Part shown: in pieces, positions 25,395-38,281 of the stretch
Layout of the letters: each line of letters starts with the position of its first letter
Numbering within the stretch: the first letter of the stretch is position 1
Assembly (NCBI RefSeq): GCF_006345805.1
Contig: NC_042998.1
Location: forward strand, 163,742,001 to 163,806,000
Source of the DNA: Octopus sinensis
Taxonomy: Eukaryota
DNA length: 64,000 nt
Direction: 5' to 3'
The notes under the pieces: generated by a model
Databases searched by the model: none
What the model was told of the DNA's origin: nothing
Seen by the model: the letters and a program-made list of their open reading frames with translations, nothing else
Made by a program: the position numbers and the translations under genes

Positions 25395-25900
25395 TCAGAG
25401 CGTGTCTTAAGAGAAAAATTGAGTATTAAGGGTATAAGATGTAGTATACAAGAGAGAAGATTGTGCTGGTATGGCCATGTGGTGCATATGGATGAGGACA
25501 GCTGCATAAAGAAGTACCAATCTAACTGTAGAGGAAACATATGGAAGAGGTAGACCCAGGAAGACATGGGATGAGATGATAAAATATGGTCTTCAGATTT
25601 TGAGTCTCACAGAGGTGATGACAGGTGACTGAGACTTTTGGCGATTTGCTGTGCTTCAGAAGACACGTTAGGCTATGTGAAACTGTAGTCACAGACAGTG
25701 CCAGTGACATATAATAGGTGCCCATACCAGTGACACATAAAAGGCACCAGGTACACTCTGAGGAGCAAGGGTATCCAACCACAGAAACTAAGCCAAACTA
25801 GACTGGAGCCTGGTGCAGTTCTCTGGCTTACCAATTCAAGTCAAACCATCTAACCCATGCCAGCATGGAAAAGGGAAGCTAAATGATGATGACGATGATT
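25395..25900 (+). mobile_element. RTE-clade LINE 3' end (ORF C-terminus, 3'UTR, (GAT)n tail)
   Basis: LREKL..QERRLCWYGHVVHMDEDSCIKK, GRPRKTWDE, then cccatgccagcatggaa and gatgatgac. Confidence 0.85.
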
Positions 25901-27049
25901 GTCATCTGTTTTATTGTGTGAAACAAATTGTTGTTTTATTAGTATATTGGATCTAGTTTTGTAATCTCTGAACAGAATAAAGGTTTCAGAAATAGACTGT
26001 TTAAAAATGTAGCAGATCTATACTGTAATTTGAACTTGGAACTTTTTAGTTACCAAACACAAATAGTTGTAAACAGTATTTTGTCTTATCAGTAAAAATT
26101 TGATTAATGGTTTTCTTTATAAACAAGTAGGAATTTTGGGAATCTGATCAACAACTTACATTTATGAAGTCAACACAAATCAGTAAAATCAGATTTGTCA
26201 TTTGCAACCAATAATTGGTGATATGTAGCAGAAAAATTTGAAGTAAAAGCAGAGTGGATCTGATGGAGATAGAGGAGAAATGCAGAGATTCAACAGATTC
26301 AACCTAGAGTCTGTGTAAGAAGGTATGAATTCGTTGTGTGGTTGCTTGACCTCCTAGAAATAGCAGCTACATTTTCCTCAAGCCACACTCACTATTGCCT
26401 TAGAGAGAAAAAGAGAACACATTGAAAAATGTAGTCCTATGTAAATTATGCCTGAAAAGAAAATGGAATGGAATAGTCCTGGAGAAAATTCCTTTGCTCA
26501 TGAGTTAATTCAATTTGGACTGACCTGAGGCTAAACTAAAACACAAACAATATGTATGTGTCTAATAAATCAGATTTATCTTCAAAGCACCATTTGAGCG
26601 TGGCCATTTGAGCGTGGCCATTTGAGCGTGGCCATTGCCAGTACCGCCTGAGTGGCACGTAAAAGCACCCACTACACTCTCGGAGTGGTTGGCGTTAGGA
26701 AGGGTATCCTGCTGTAGAAACTCTGCCAGATCAGATTGGAGCCTGGTGCAGCCATCTGGTTCACCAGACCTCAGTCAAATCATCCAACCCATGCTAGCAT
26801 GGAAAGCGGACGTTAAATGATGATGATGACAATGATGATTATCACTCCTGTTGATTTCGATGTATGAGTTTTTGAAGGAAAAGATTAAGAAAAGAAAAAA
26901 AAAAGGGTTTAAAAAGAAGCTGCATGTATTTGCAGTGTATGCTTGAGTATAATTTGAGTCCAGGTTGGGGTTTTGCTACGAAGTCACAGTGGAGACAATG
27001 ATGATTTTGATTTTACTTGGAATTGGACAAATGTGTCTGTTGATTGGAG

Positions 27050-27300
27050 AATATCATTCTTTTATTGTTCTGTTTCTTCAACTCAAATTGTTTGGATGCT
27101 TCATGTCACATTCTGTGCCACTTTGATCAATCCCGGCAATAACTTTCCCAAGATTTTAAGTTAAGCTGTAAGGCTTTTAGCGATTGTTTCAACTTAGCAG
27201 GGTCTTCTTTTACCAACAAATCTCTCATCTTGTTGGCCATACAAAAGAATTTTCAGAATGCAGTCTTTTTTGCATTCAAACATGTCCTGCCAATCTGCAG
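27050..27300 (-). mobile_element. Old RTE-group LINE C-terminal fragment
   Basis: Minus strand reads RLAGHV*M then ILKILLYGQ...GKRRP, resembling RWAGHVxRM...PKxLLYGEL...GRP. Confidence 0.55.
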
Positions 27301-28003
27301 TGAATTCTCAGTTGACTACATTAATAATAATAATTAGAAGAAGGATGAGGAGGAGGCGTAGAAGGCCTGAAATTTCAGTGGAAGGGTTATGTTGATTACA
27401 TTGACCCCAGTATTTTGTTAGCACTTAATTTATCAACCCCTAAAGGATGAAATGCTAAGTCAACCATGGCAGAATTTGAACTCAGAATGTAAAGACAAAT
27501 GAAATACTGCTAAGTATTTCACCTAGCATGCTAAAGATTCCGCCAGCTCATTGCCTTAATAAGAAGAAAAATCCTTTCTACTAAAAGCACAAGGCCTGAA
27601 GTTTTGGGGGAGGGGACGAGTTGATAACATCGACCCCAGTGTTCAACTGGTACTTATTTCATCAACCCTAAAAGGATAAAAGGCAAAGTCGACCTCAGCA
27701 GAATTTAATAATAATGATGATAATAATAATAATAATAATTCTTTCCATGATAGACACAAGGCCTGAAATTTTTGTGGAGTTGGGGAATGGGGGGACATGT
27801 TGATTGCATCAACTCTAGTGCTCAACAGGTACTTATTTTAATGACCCTGAAAGGACGAAAGGTAAAGTTGACTTCAGTGGTATTTGAACTCAGAATGTAA
27901 AGTCAGAAGAAATGCCACTAAGCATTTTGTTCAACATAATTGTAAGAAATTCAAGGAAAAGATATTAGCTGATTAAATCAACCTCAATCCTTCATTGATT
28001 CTA

Positions 28004-28135
28004 TAAGGTTGTCCCAAAAGTTCGTAGAAAGTCTTGGAAAATAATGGTCTTTATTTTGAGGAATAATTTTTGTTAGTACTTGGCGAGTGAAAATTCAATT
28101 TTCGCAAGTGTTTACGAACTTTTGGGACAACCTAA
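28004..28135. mobile_element. Mariner-type MITE (132 bp) inserted in a SINE
   Basis: TIRs taaggttgtcccaaaagttcgta / tacgaacttttgggacaacctaa, TA on both sides; TIR resembles that of the mariner at 46267. Confidence 0.85.
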
Positions 28136-28924
28136 TACTTTTTTTTATCAATCATGGAGTGGAAGTGAAAGGCAAAATTGGCCTCAGCAGAATTGAATCA
28201 GGCAAGCCTTTGATCAAAAGCCTTCCAGCTGTGATCCTCCCATCTGTTTTGCAGAATATCTGAGACTACAATACCTAATATGGCCTCTCTTGTTTAAGAT
28301 AATGAAGTTTGATTTGAAGGACATTTGGCTTCTCTTTCTTTCTGGTTGCGTAATTTATATAGAGACTCCATCATGAAGTTTTAGCAGGATCTAGCTAGGT
28401 TTTTACCAAGAAGCTATCTTAACTACTCCCTTCTTCTTCATGTGGTTTTCCAAAGTTTTCTTTTTTTTTATACTTCTTATCTCACCTATTGTGATGGCAC
28501 ATTGGCTTAGTGGTTAGGGTGTTGGACTCATGATCGTAAGATTGTGGTTTCAATTCCTGGATCAGGCAGTGTATTATGTTCTTGAGTAAAATACTTCATT
28601 TCACATTTTTCCAGTCCACTCAGCTGACCAAGGTGAGTGAGTTATCTTGCAATGGACCAGCATCCCATCCAGGTGGAGAATATATATACACCACAGAAGC
28701 CAGGAAACTGGCCTTAAGAATCTATATGACTCAAGAAGGAGCTTTACCCTTTTATTTCACCTTTTGTCTAATATTTTTGCTTTTTTTTTGTTTTGGTTTT
28801 GGTTTTCCTTTTAAGTGGATTTTATCTGTTCTTTCTTCTGTATTTTTTAACACATCTCTCTTAATGTTCTTTCTCATTTTTCTCTCTGGCTGTTTCTCAT
28901 TATCTTTCTTTCTCCTTTAATTTC

Positions 28925-28995
28925 ACTTTCTCTCTCTCTCTAGTCACATCAGACTTCACTTTTTTCTTAACCTCTTTTTCCCTTCTACATGTCTT

Positions 28996-29030
<35 letters not shown>

Positions 29031-29033
29031 TCT

Positions 29034-29065
<32 letters not shown>

Positions 29066-29218
29066 CCTCTCTCACCCAACTATAACCCTTTCACTCACTT
29101 CCCATTCTCTCTCACACTTTACTTTCCATTTCCTCTTCCCTCACCAGCTTCTGTCTTGGACTGCCCTTTCTCATCACTTTGATTTCCACTCTCCACATTT
29201 CCTTTTACTTTATACTTT

Positions 29219-29261
<43 letters not shown>

Positions 29262-29400
29262 CTTACTTCTTCTTTTCTCTCTCTCTCTTTCTCTCCCCCC
29301 CCTTCTTCTTTCTTACCCCTTTCTTTCTCCCCACATCTCTTTATTCCATCTCCATTTTCTTGACCGCCCTCTTTCTCTTTCTCTCTTTCCTCTCTCCTTA
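28925..29400. repeat. (CT)n-rich polypyrimidine tract
   Basis: Direct inspection. Confidence 0.9.
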
Positions 29401-30064
29401 CCAGAATGATTACTCATGCATAATAACAACAACAATAATAATAATTTTTCCCTCAGAACTATCTCTCTTCTGTCTGTAGACGAACACAATGCCCAGAGCT
29501 TACTTCTATCTGATGACAGTTTGAATGCTGCTGCCCCTCTGCCGAAATTAATGAACATATTTTTGCCCCTCACCAACCCCTTACCAACCAGCATGTAATT
29601 TCTAAAAGATTCCACCACGGGCCACTGTTCTCACTTTAATCGTATCCATTGGACCTCCTCTGTAATTTGCCAAATTGAATTTGTCCAATATCTCCTCTCA
29701 TCATCAGCACCTCCCTTACTATCAACCATCCTACACCACTGTCCCCTCTGCTTACCCACCCACCCACCCATCCACCACTATCACTGCTGCTATTACCATA
29801 TTCTCTGGTCTTCTCTGTCCCTGCCCTAACATCTATCACTGCTCATCATCACTATCACACACATCACCACTACCCTCTTACTTACTGCTGCTTTCTACAT
29901 CGTAATAGTAATAATAATAATAATAATCTTCATCGTTGTCATCATTGTCGTCATCACTGCCTCCACCATTTATACTGCTACCTCTGCTACACTCCTTCAC
30001 TACATTCCAGTCTCTTTGCCATCAAAGAAGGAAACTATAATGATTGAGTACCATCCCCCCACAC

Positions 30065-30102
<38 letters not shown>

Positions 30103-30869
30103 TATACTGTATACACACATACACACCTATACTTTTGTGTGTGTGTGTGTGTGTACACATATATCTCCTATCATCCAGCCACAGAAACCATGCCAAATCA
30201 GGCTGGAACTTGGTGTAGCTCTCCAACATACCAGTTCCAGTCAAACCATCATGGAAAAGAGACTTTAAATGATGATGAGATGGATCATCATCATCATCAT
30301 CATCATCATCGTTTAATATCCATTTTCCATGCCAGCATGGGTTGGATGGTTCGACCGGGTTCTGGGAAGCCAGGAGGCTGCGCCAGGCTCCAGTCTGATC
30401 TGGCAGTGTTTCTACAGCTGGATGCCCTTCCTAACGCCAACCACTCCGTGAGTGTAGTGGGTGCTTTTTACGTGCCACCGGCACAGGGGCCAGAGGAGGC
30501 TGGAAAACGGCCACGCTTGGTTGGTGCTTTTTACATGTCACTGACACGGACGCCAATCAGGTGGCGTTGGCATCAACCATGTTTGGATGGTGCTTTTTAC
30601 GTGCCACCAGCACGGGTATCTTAGCTACAATTTCCATTTGATTTTTATTTTGATGTTGGTGTTGACATACTTGACTCAACAGGTTTCCTCAAGAACAGCC
30701 AGTCACTCCACAATAGATAGATAATTAGATAGACAGACAGAGAATGTAAGAATAATCTTACATACACATACACATGTATATATACTGCTTTTAATCAGAA
30801 GTTACAAAGTGACTTAAGAGCTGAAAGTTTCATGTAGGACACTCATTTCTGGTGATTAATAATATTAGT

Positions 30870-32215
30870 AATAATCCTGTCTTTTATTGGAACAAGGAAT
30901 GAAATTTTGGGGCAGGGGACTAGTCTATTGCAACATCCTCAGTCCTTGACTAGTACTTAATTTATAGACCCCTATATGGATGAAAGACAAAGCCAACCTT
31001 GGTGGAGTTTGAACTCAGAATGTAAGACAGATGAAATGCAACAAATCATTTTGTCCATTACACTAATGGATCTGCCAGCTTGCCCCTATATTAATAATAA
31101 TAATCATCATGATTTCAAATTTTGGCACAAGGCCAGCAGTTCCAGGGGAGGTGGGTAAGTTTATTATATCGACCTCAGTGCTCAACTGGTACTCATTTTA
31201 TTAACCCTGAAAGGCAGAATTTGAATTCAGAATGTGAAGTCATACAAAATGCCACTGAGCATTTTACCCGATGTCCTAACAATTCTGCCAGCTCACCACC
31301 TTAAGTATAATAATGATAATCCTTTCTGCTATAGGCACAAGGCTTGAAACTTCGAGAGAGGGAGATAGTTGATTACATTGACTCCAATGTACAACTGATA
31401 CTTATTTTATCGACCTCCAAAAATGCAAACAATTTTACCAGCTCGCCTCCTTAATAATAATGATCCTTTCTAGTATAAGCACAAGGCCTGAAATTTTGGT
31501 GGAGGGGACATTTTTCCAGTCCACTCAGCTGACCAAGGTGAGTAATCCTGCAATGGACCAGCGTCCCATCCAGGTGAATATATATATATATATATATACA
31601 CCACAGAAGCCAGGAAACTGGCTTTAAGAATCTATATGATTCAAGAAGGAGCTTTACCCTTTTATCTCACCCATTGTCTAATATTTTTTTTTTTGGTTTT
31701 GGCCTGAAACTTCGAGTGAAGTTATAATGAATATGTATGCGTGTGATTTGAGATTACTATTTCAAAGCAGAGGATGATACTCTGAGCACTCTGAATTACT
31801 GACTTACCTGTATTTGGTCAGGCAACAATAATGCCAGAGTTTCAATGGTACTTAATTTATTGACCTTCAAAGGATGAAAGGCAAAGTTACCCTCTCAGAA
31901 ATTAAACTTAGAATGCAAAGATGGACAAAATACTGCTAAGCATTTCGCTTAGTGTGCTAATGATTCTGACAGCTCACTGCCAGTAATAATAATCATAATA
32001 ATTTCTACTCTAGGAACAAGGCTTTGAAAATTTGGTGGGGAAGGGGGTTAGTCGATTAGATTGAACCAGTGTGTAACTGGTACTTATTTCATTGACCCCC
32101 GAAAGGATAAAAAGTAAAGTCAACCCCAGTGGAATTTGAACTCAGAATATGAAGATGGACAAAATGCTGCTAAGCATTTTGCTCAGTGTGCTAACAGTTC
32201 TGCCAGCTTGCCACT
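30870..32215 (-). mobile_element. Cluster of about 6 co-oriented family B SINEs separated by (AAT)n; similar clusters at 10460-10935 and 27360-27940
   Basis: Repeated ggcacaaggcc / actggtacttattt / gaatttgaactcagaa / ctgccagct blocks. Confidence 0.8.
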
Positions 32216-33690
32216 GATGATAATAATAATAATAATAATGATAATGATGATAATAATAATAATAAAGTTATTATGATCTTCTACTATAATAATACTCTTG
32301 TGTTTTTCTCTGTCACAATATATGAATGAGAAAAGAAGGGGTGATAGATGAATAAGGAAGGAAAGTGTGATGATAAACTGGTGGGATGGTAAACATTCAA
32401 TGCCAGGAAGAAAAATCAAACAGCATTTCAACTCTGTATGTGCATGTACAAGGGATGTATGTGAACATTGACAAGTGTATTAATTTGATTTACCATCGAT
32501 ATTTTATACATAAGATACTACATATTAGCCATCATTTTTGATGATACAGGGCCATCTAGTAGTAATAATGAATTGCTAGTACCGCCTGACTCGCCCTCGT
32601 GCCAGTGGCACGTAAAAGCACCTGCTACACTCTTGGAGTGGTTGGCATTAGGAAGGGCATTCAGCTGTAGAAACTCTGCCAGATCAAATTGGAGCCTGAT
32701 GCAGCCATCTGGTTCGCCACTCCTCAGTCAAATCGTCCGACCCATGCTAGCATGGAAAGCAAACGTTAAATGATGATGATGATGTGTGAGTGTGATTTGA
32801 GATTACTATTTCAAAGCTGAGGATGATACTCTGAGCACTCTGAATTACTGACTTGATTGTATTTGGTCAGGCAACAAGAATGCAAATGTCATCATCATCA
32901 TCGTCGTTTAACATCCGCTTTCCATGCTGGCATGGTTTGCACTGTTTGACTGAGGGCTGGCAAGCCAGAAGGCTGTACCAGGCTCCAATCTGATCTGGCA
33001 AAGTTTCTACAGCTGTATGCCCTTCCTGATGCCAACTACTCCGAAAATATAGCGGGTGCTTTTACTTGCCACCGGCATGAGGGCCAGTCAGGTGGTACTG
33101 GCATCAGCCATGCTCAAATGGCGCTTTTTACATGCTACCAGCACAGGAGCCAGTCAGGCGGCACTGGCAACGACCACATTCGAATGGTGTTTTTTATGTG
33201 CCACCAGCACAGGAGCCAGTCAGGCGACTCTGGCAACAATCACGCTTGAATGGTGCTTTTTACATGCCACCATCATGGGAGCCAGTCAACAGCCCTGGCA
33301 ACGATCATATATGCATATCTACATGCTTGTACAGAGTGTGTGTGAGTCTTTATATGCATGCTAGTTGTATTTTTATTTTAATATGCTTATGTGTATATAC
33401 ATATGTAGATAAGCATATGTATATATGTATGTGTGTATACATACATTATGTATGTGTGTATACATACATTATGTATGTGTGAATATAAAGATATGCAAAA
33501 CTGTATTTTTTTGGTTTTGTGTTGGCTTTGATATATTTTTGAGTGTGTTTGTTGTCAATTCTTTTATTATATTCATTTATTTCTTTATTTTTCATATAAT
33601 GTTTCCCATCACCTCTCCCACCTCACTCGTCTATTTTTGATTCCTTTGATATAATTTGTATACATATTTTTTTTAATTGTATTCTTCCAG

Positions 33691-33727
<37 letters not shown>

Positions 33728-33907
33728 TTTCCGTCTATTTTCAAAAATTCAGTGTTCTATTAATATTAAGCAATTTTGCAAACACCGCCACCACTACAAA
33801 TACTACAACACTAAAGGTGTTGATGATGATGATGATGAACAGAAACTTTTTTTTCTTACCTGAAAATTTCATAAACACCATTGCCTGTAGCTGTCACTAA
33901 ATTTGCC

Positions 33908-34285
<378 letters not shown>

Positions 34286-34539
34286 TGTCTATCTGTTGTA
34301 TTTGTATGTATTTATACATCTGTGTTTGTAACTCATAAATTATGTTTCTAGATCATAATAGCTGGTAGCCATGTAATATTTTTTGGGTTTCTTTTGTTGT
34401 TTTGAATGTTTATTAGCAATAAAGGGAAATGTGCTATTTCTACTTCTACAGATAATATGTCATTTTCATAGTGTGAATTTCATCCCTGTCTTCAACTTTT
34501 TCATATATATACATATATATATATATATATATGCATGCA

Positions 34540-34950
34540 CAAGTGGCTGTGGAAAGTAGCTTGCTTACCAATCACTTGGTTCCAGGTTCAGTCCCACTGC
34601 ATAGCACCTTGGGCAAGTGTCTTCTACTATAGCCTCAGGCTGACCAAAGCCTTGTGAGTGGATTTGGTAGACAGAAACTGAAAGAAGCCCATCATATATA
34701 TATATCATATATGTGTGTGTGTGTGTGTGGTGGGGTATATATGTTTGTGTGTCTGTTTGTCCCACCATTGCTTGACAACCGATGTTGGTGTGTTTACATC
34801 CCCATAACTTAGCAGTTCGGTGAAAGAGACCGATAGAATAAGTACTATGTTTTCAAAGAATATGTCCTGGAGTCGATTTGTTTGGCTAAAGCCAGTGCTC
34901 CAGCATGGCCACAATCACATGACTGAAACAAATAAAAGAATAAAAGAAAA
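34540..34950 (+). mobile_element. SINE family A, full length
   Basis: Colinear with the family consensus. Confidence 0.88.
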
Positions 34951-35498
34951 ACAGAATGTATGTATATAGTTGAGTACAGAGCATTATGATTCATTCTGAA
35001 GCTTGTGGATATTGAGTACTACACCAGGTTATTAGTCTCACAATGCCTAGGTAATGTGTGTGTATATATACACACATACATATAGATAGATAGATAGATA
35101 GATAGAACAAGCACATACACACACATTCTTTTATTCTTTTACATGTTTCAGCTGGAGCACTACCTTAAGGGATTTTTAGTCAAACAGAGCTGGGGCTATA
35201 GTAGCATTGAAACTGAGCCTGGAAGTAAGTAATGGTGAAGCAAACTTCTTAACCACATAACCATGCTGCACCTACATGCACACATACACAAGTACACACA
35301 CATAAACATATATGTACACATGTGTATATAATCATCCTATATAGTTATATAAGACTGTGCTGTAATTCAGCAATTTCAAGAATATAATGTATTGTGAGCG
35401 CGTGGGTATTGGTACCCAGTCAACTTCAAAATTTTGGTAATGACTTAAAAAGAACTTGAAATTAAAAGAATTAAAACCAAAACTATAATTTCTTAATG

Positions 35499-35728
35499 GC
35501 GGCGAGCTGGCAGAAACGTTAGCACGCCGGGCGAAATGCGTTGCCGTATTTCATCTGCCGTTACGTTCCGAGTTCAAATTCCGCCGAGGTCGACTTTGCC
35601 TTTCATCCTTCCAGGGTCGATAAATTAAGTACCAGTTACACACTGGGGTCAATGTAATCGACTTAATCCGTTTGTCTGTCCTTGTTTGTCTCCTCTGTGT
35701 TTAGCCCCTTGTGGGTAGTAAAGAAATA
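35499..35728 (+). mobile_element. tRNA-derived SINE family B, young copy with TSD; two more copies follow to about 36140
   Basis: gagctggcagaaacg...gagttcaaattcc boxes; core gtcgactttgcctttcatcc..gggtcgataaattaagtaccag (recalled as Meta-domain-like); TSD tataatttcttaatg at 35484-98 and 35729-43; CpGs retained. Confidence 0.9.
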
Positions 35729-36222
35729 TATAATTTCTTAATGAATCAACTCAATAAGGTGGCAAGCTGATAGAATCATTAGCAGGCCGGGCAAAATGCT
35801 TAGCGGTATTTCGTCTGCTGCTACGTTCTGAGTTCAAATTCCGCCGAGGTCGACTTTGCCTTTCATCCTTTCGAGGGTCGATACATTAAGTACCAGTTAC
35901 GCACTGGGTTTGATGTAATCGACTTAGTCCCTTTGTCCTTGTTTTTCCCCTCTATGTTTAGCTCCTTGTGCTGGCCAAAATGCCTGGTGTTATTTCACTG
36001 GTCTTTACATTCTGAGTTCAGATACCACCTAGATTGATTTTGCCTTCCATCCTTTTGGGGTCAATGAAATAAACACCAGTTGAGCACAGTAATTAACTTA
36101 TCTCTACCCCTGAAATTGCTGGCCTTGTGCCAAAATTTGTCAGCAGTATGAGTGGCTGTGTGGTAAGAATCTTGCTTCCCAACCACATGATTCTGAGTTC
36201 AGTCCCAGTGTGTAGCCCATCA

Positions 36223-36266
<44 letters not shown>

Positions 36267-36581
36267 AATATATCTATGTGTGTGTGTCTTTGTGTCTGTT
36301 TCCCCCCCCCCCCAATCACCACTTAACAACCAGTGTTGGTGTGTTTATGTCCCCTGTAACTTAGTGGTCCAGCAAAAGGAACCAATAGAATAAGTACCAG
36401 GCTTAAAAAATAAGCACTGCGATCAATTCATTTGACTAAAAGTTTTTCAAGATGGTGCTCCAGCATGGCCACAGTCTAATGGCTGAAACAAGTAAAAGAT
36501 AAAAGAGAAGATAAATTAAATTAATGGCCTTTAACCCACAAAGAAAACCACTGAACACACCATAGTCTTGGAGTAAAGATT

Positions 36582-36927
36582 GTTTGCCAACATAACATGG
36601 CAGTCCTGGTTTAGGACAAATGTTGCTGCAATTTAGCCCCAGGAGTCATTGTCTCCAGCTGGTCATACGACACAATCTGTGTCCGTATATTTTCGAACAA
36701 GGGAATCTAGCACCCCCATTCAGCTCAAAGCAATGTCTGTGTATCACGATTTCCAGAAATTGCAATACACAAATATTGTTTTGAGCTGATTTAGGGTGCT
36801 AGATTCCCTTGTTCGAAAATATACAGACACAGATCGTGTCGTATAGCCAGCTGGAGACAATGACTCCTGGGGCTAAATTACAGCAACATTCATCCTAAAC
36901 CAGGACTGCCATGTTATGTTGGCAAAC
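36582..36927. repeat. 346-bp palindrome (about 170-bp arms, almost no loop)
   Basis: gtttgccaacataacatggcagtcctggtttagga ... tcctaaaccaggactgccatgttatgttggcaaac; arms pair along their length with scattered mismatches. Confidence 0.95.
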
Positions 36928-37895
36928 GCTCCAAAGTATTGTTGCTGAATATCTCTCGTTATGAGATTCAAAAATAGTAATTTTCTAACACCATAGTCTT
37001 GTTATATATTCCAATAAGAATTTGATTAAATGGTCCCAACTGAAAATCCTCTTAAAGTGATTTGAACTCAGCACCACTATAAGTTGACAAAACATTAGAC
37101 AATCCAATAATGGAACCTCTGCATGGTCACTTGGGCTGTTAAAAATCTTAGCCTATTCTCCTTCAAATCACACCCTACCTTTTTAATCTGACCCCCCCCC
37201 CCCACTTGAGATTGCCTCTGGTTATGGTACAAAAGTTTTTCAAAATCACATGTTTATATTTAAATCAAAAACCTGCTATCATAGATTTTATCTGTAAGAA
37301 CTTTTTGTTGAGAAATTGTGCACAGCTGTGAGATCATGAAGCACTGAGGTGAGGATTGGCAACATGAAGGGCTTCTAGCCTTTGAAAATCTACCCCAATA
37401 AATTCCATCTGACCAATGCAGACATGGTATTAAACTAGGTATTAAAGGACAATGATGATAATACAAGCTATTGTATTAACTCACTGATTAGTTAAAACAA
37501 TATTAATTCATTTTTCTACAACTTGTCTTTCATTTGGAATTCCTTCTTGTATATCTTACACATTTTGTGGAAAGATCTAAAGTAAATGATTGATTCAGCT
37601 CCAGTTTATGACTGGTATCTATGTTACCAAGCTGCAAATAAATGAAAACCAATGTTGTCGTTTCTGTCTATATCTCTTTATATTCTCAATTGAAATTAAC
37701 CCAGGTTTACTATGTATTTCATTCTTCTATATTCAATAAAATGGGTATCAATTGATAAATATGGGTCATGGCCCCAGCATGGCCACAGTCTAGCAACAAA
37801 AATCATTTAAGAATATGAAATATAAATCTTATGAAAATTTATAGGTCAGGCAATTTTGAAAATTATAGCTCACTTGTTATGACTTTCTCTTCATA

Positions 37896-37926
<31 letters not shown>

Positions 37927-37940
37927 TCAAAAATATAAGG

Positions 37941-38129
37941 AATGGCCATAATAGGACATTCGACTCACTAGAAAGAGCAGTCAAACCCAAACCGCTAATA
38001 GTTGTAATTCTGAAATTGAAAGAGAAATAAAAACATTTACCCCTTCTCTTTCAATTTCTGAATTATAACTATCAGCGGTTTGAGTTTGGCTGCTCTTTCT
38101 AGTGAGTCGAATGTCCTATTATGGCCATT
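37941..38129. repeat. Inverted repeat, about 86-bp arms with short spacer
   Basis: aatggccataataggacattcgactcactagaaagagcag / ctgctctttctagtgagtcgaatgtcctattatggccatt. Confidence 0.93.
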
Positions 38130-38229
38130 TTTGAATGTATATTATATAGTCTTTGACTATCTTTTCTTTCTCGCTGGACCGCTGGTAGCGGAGAATTTTT
38201 TCTAGAATTTTTTGCTACCCTTATATTTA

Positions 38230-38281
<52 letters not shown>

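Noticed and set aside
30016-30624. 202-aa ORF with poly-His
   Set aside because: Read-through of (CT)n, (GT)n and the (CAT)n tail and 3'UTR of RTE fragments.
33055-33305. Regularly spaced repeats resembling a CRISPR array (also 16290-16450, 21235-21435)
   Set aside because: Eukaryotic context, no cas genes, and the intervening sequences are homologous to each other; these are tandem units within the RTE 3'UTR.
33856-33900. Minus-strand CAG|gtaag donor with short frame VTATGNGVYEIF
   Set aside because: No convincing acceptor or partner exons; embedded in microsatellites.
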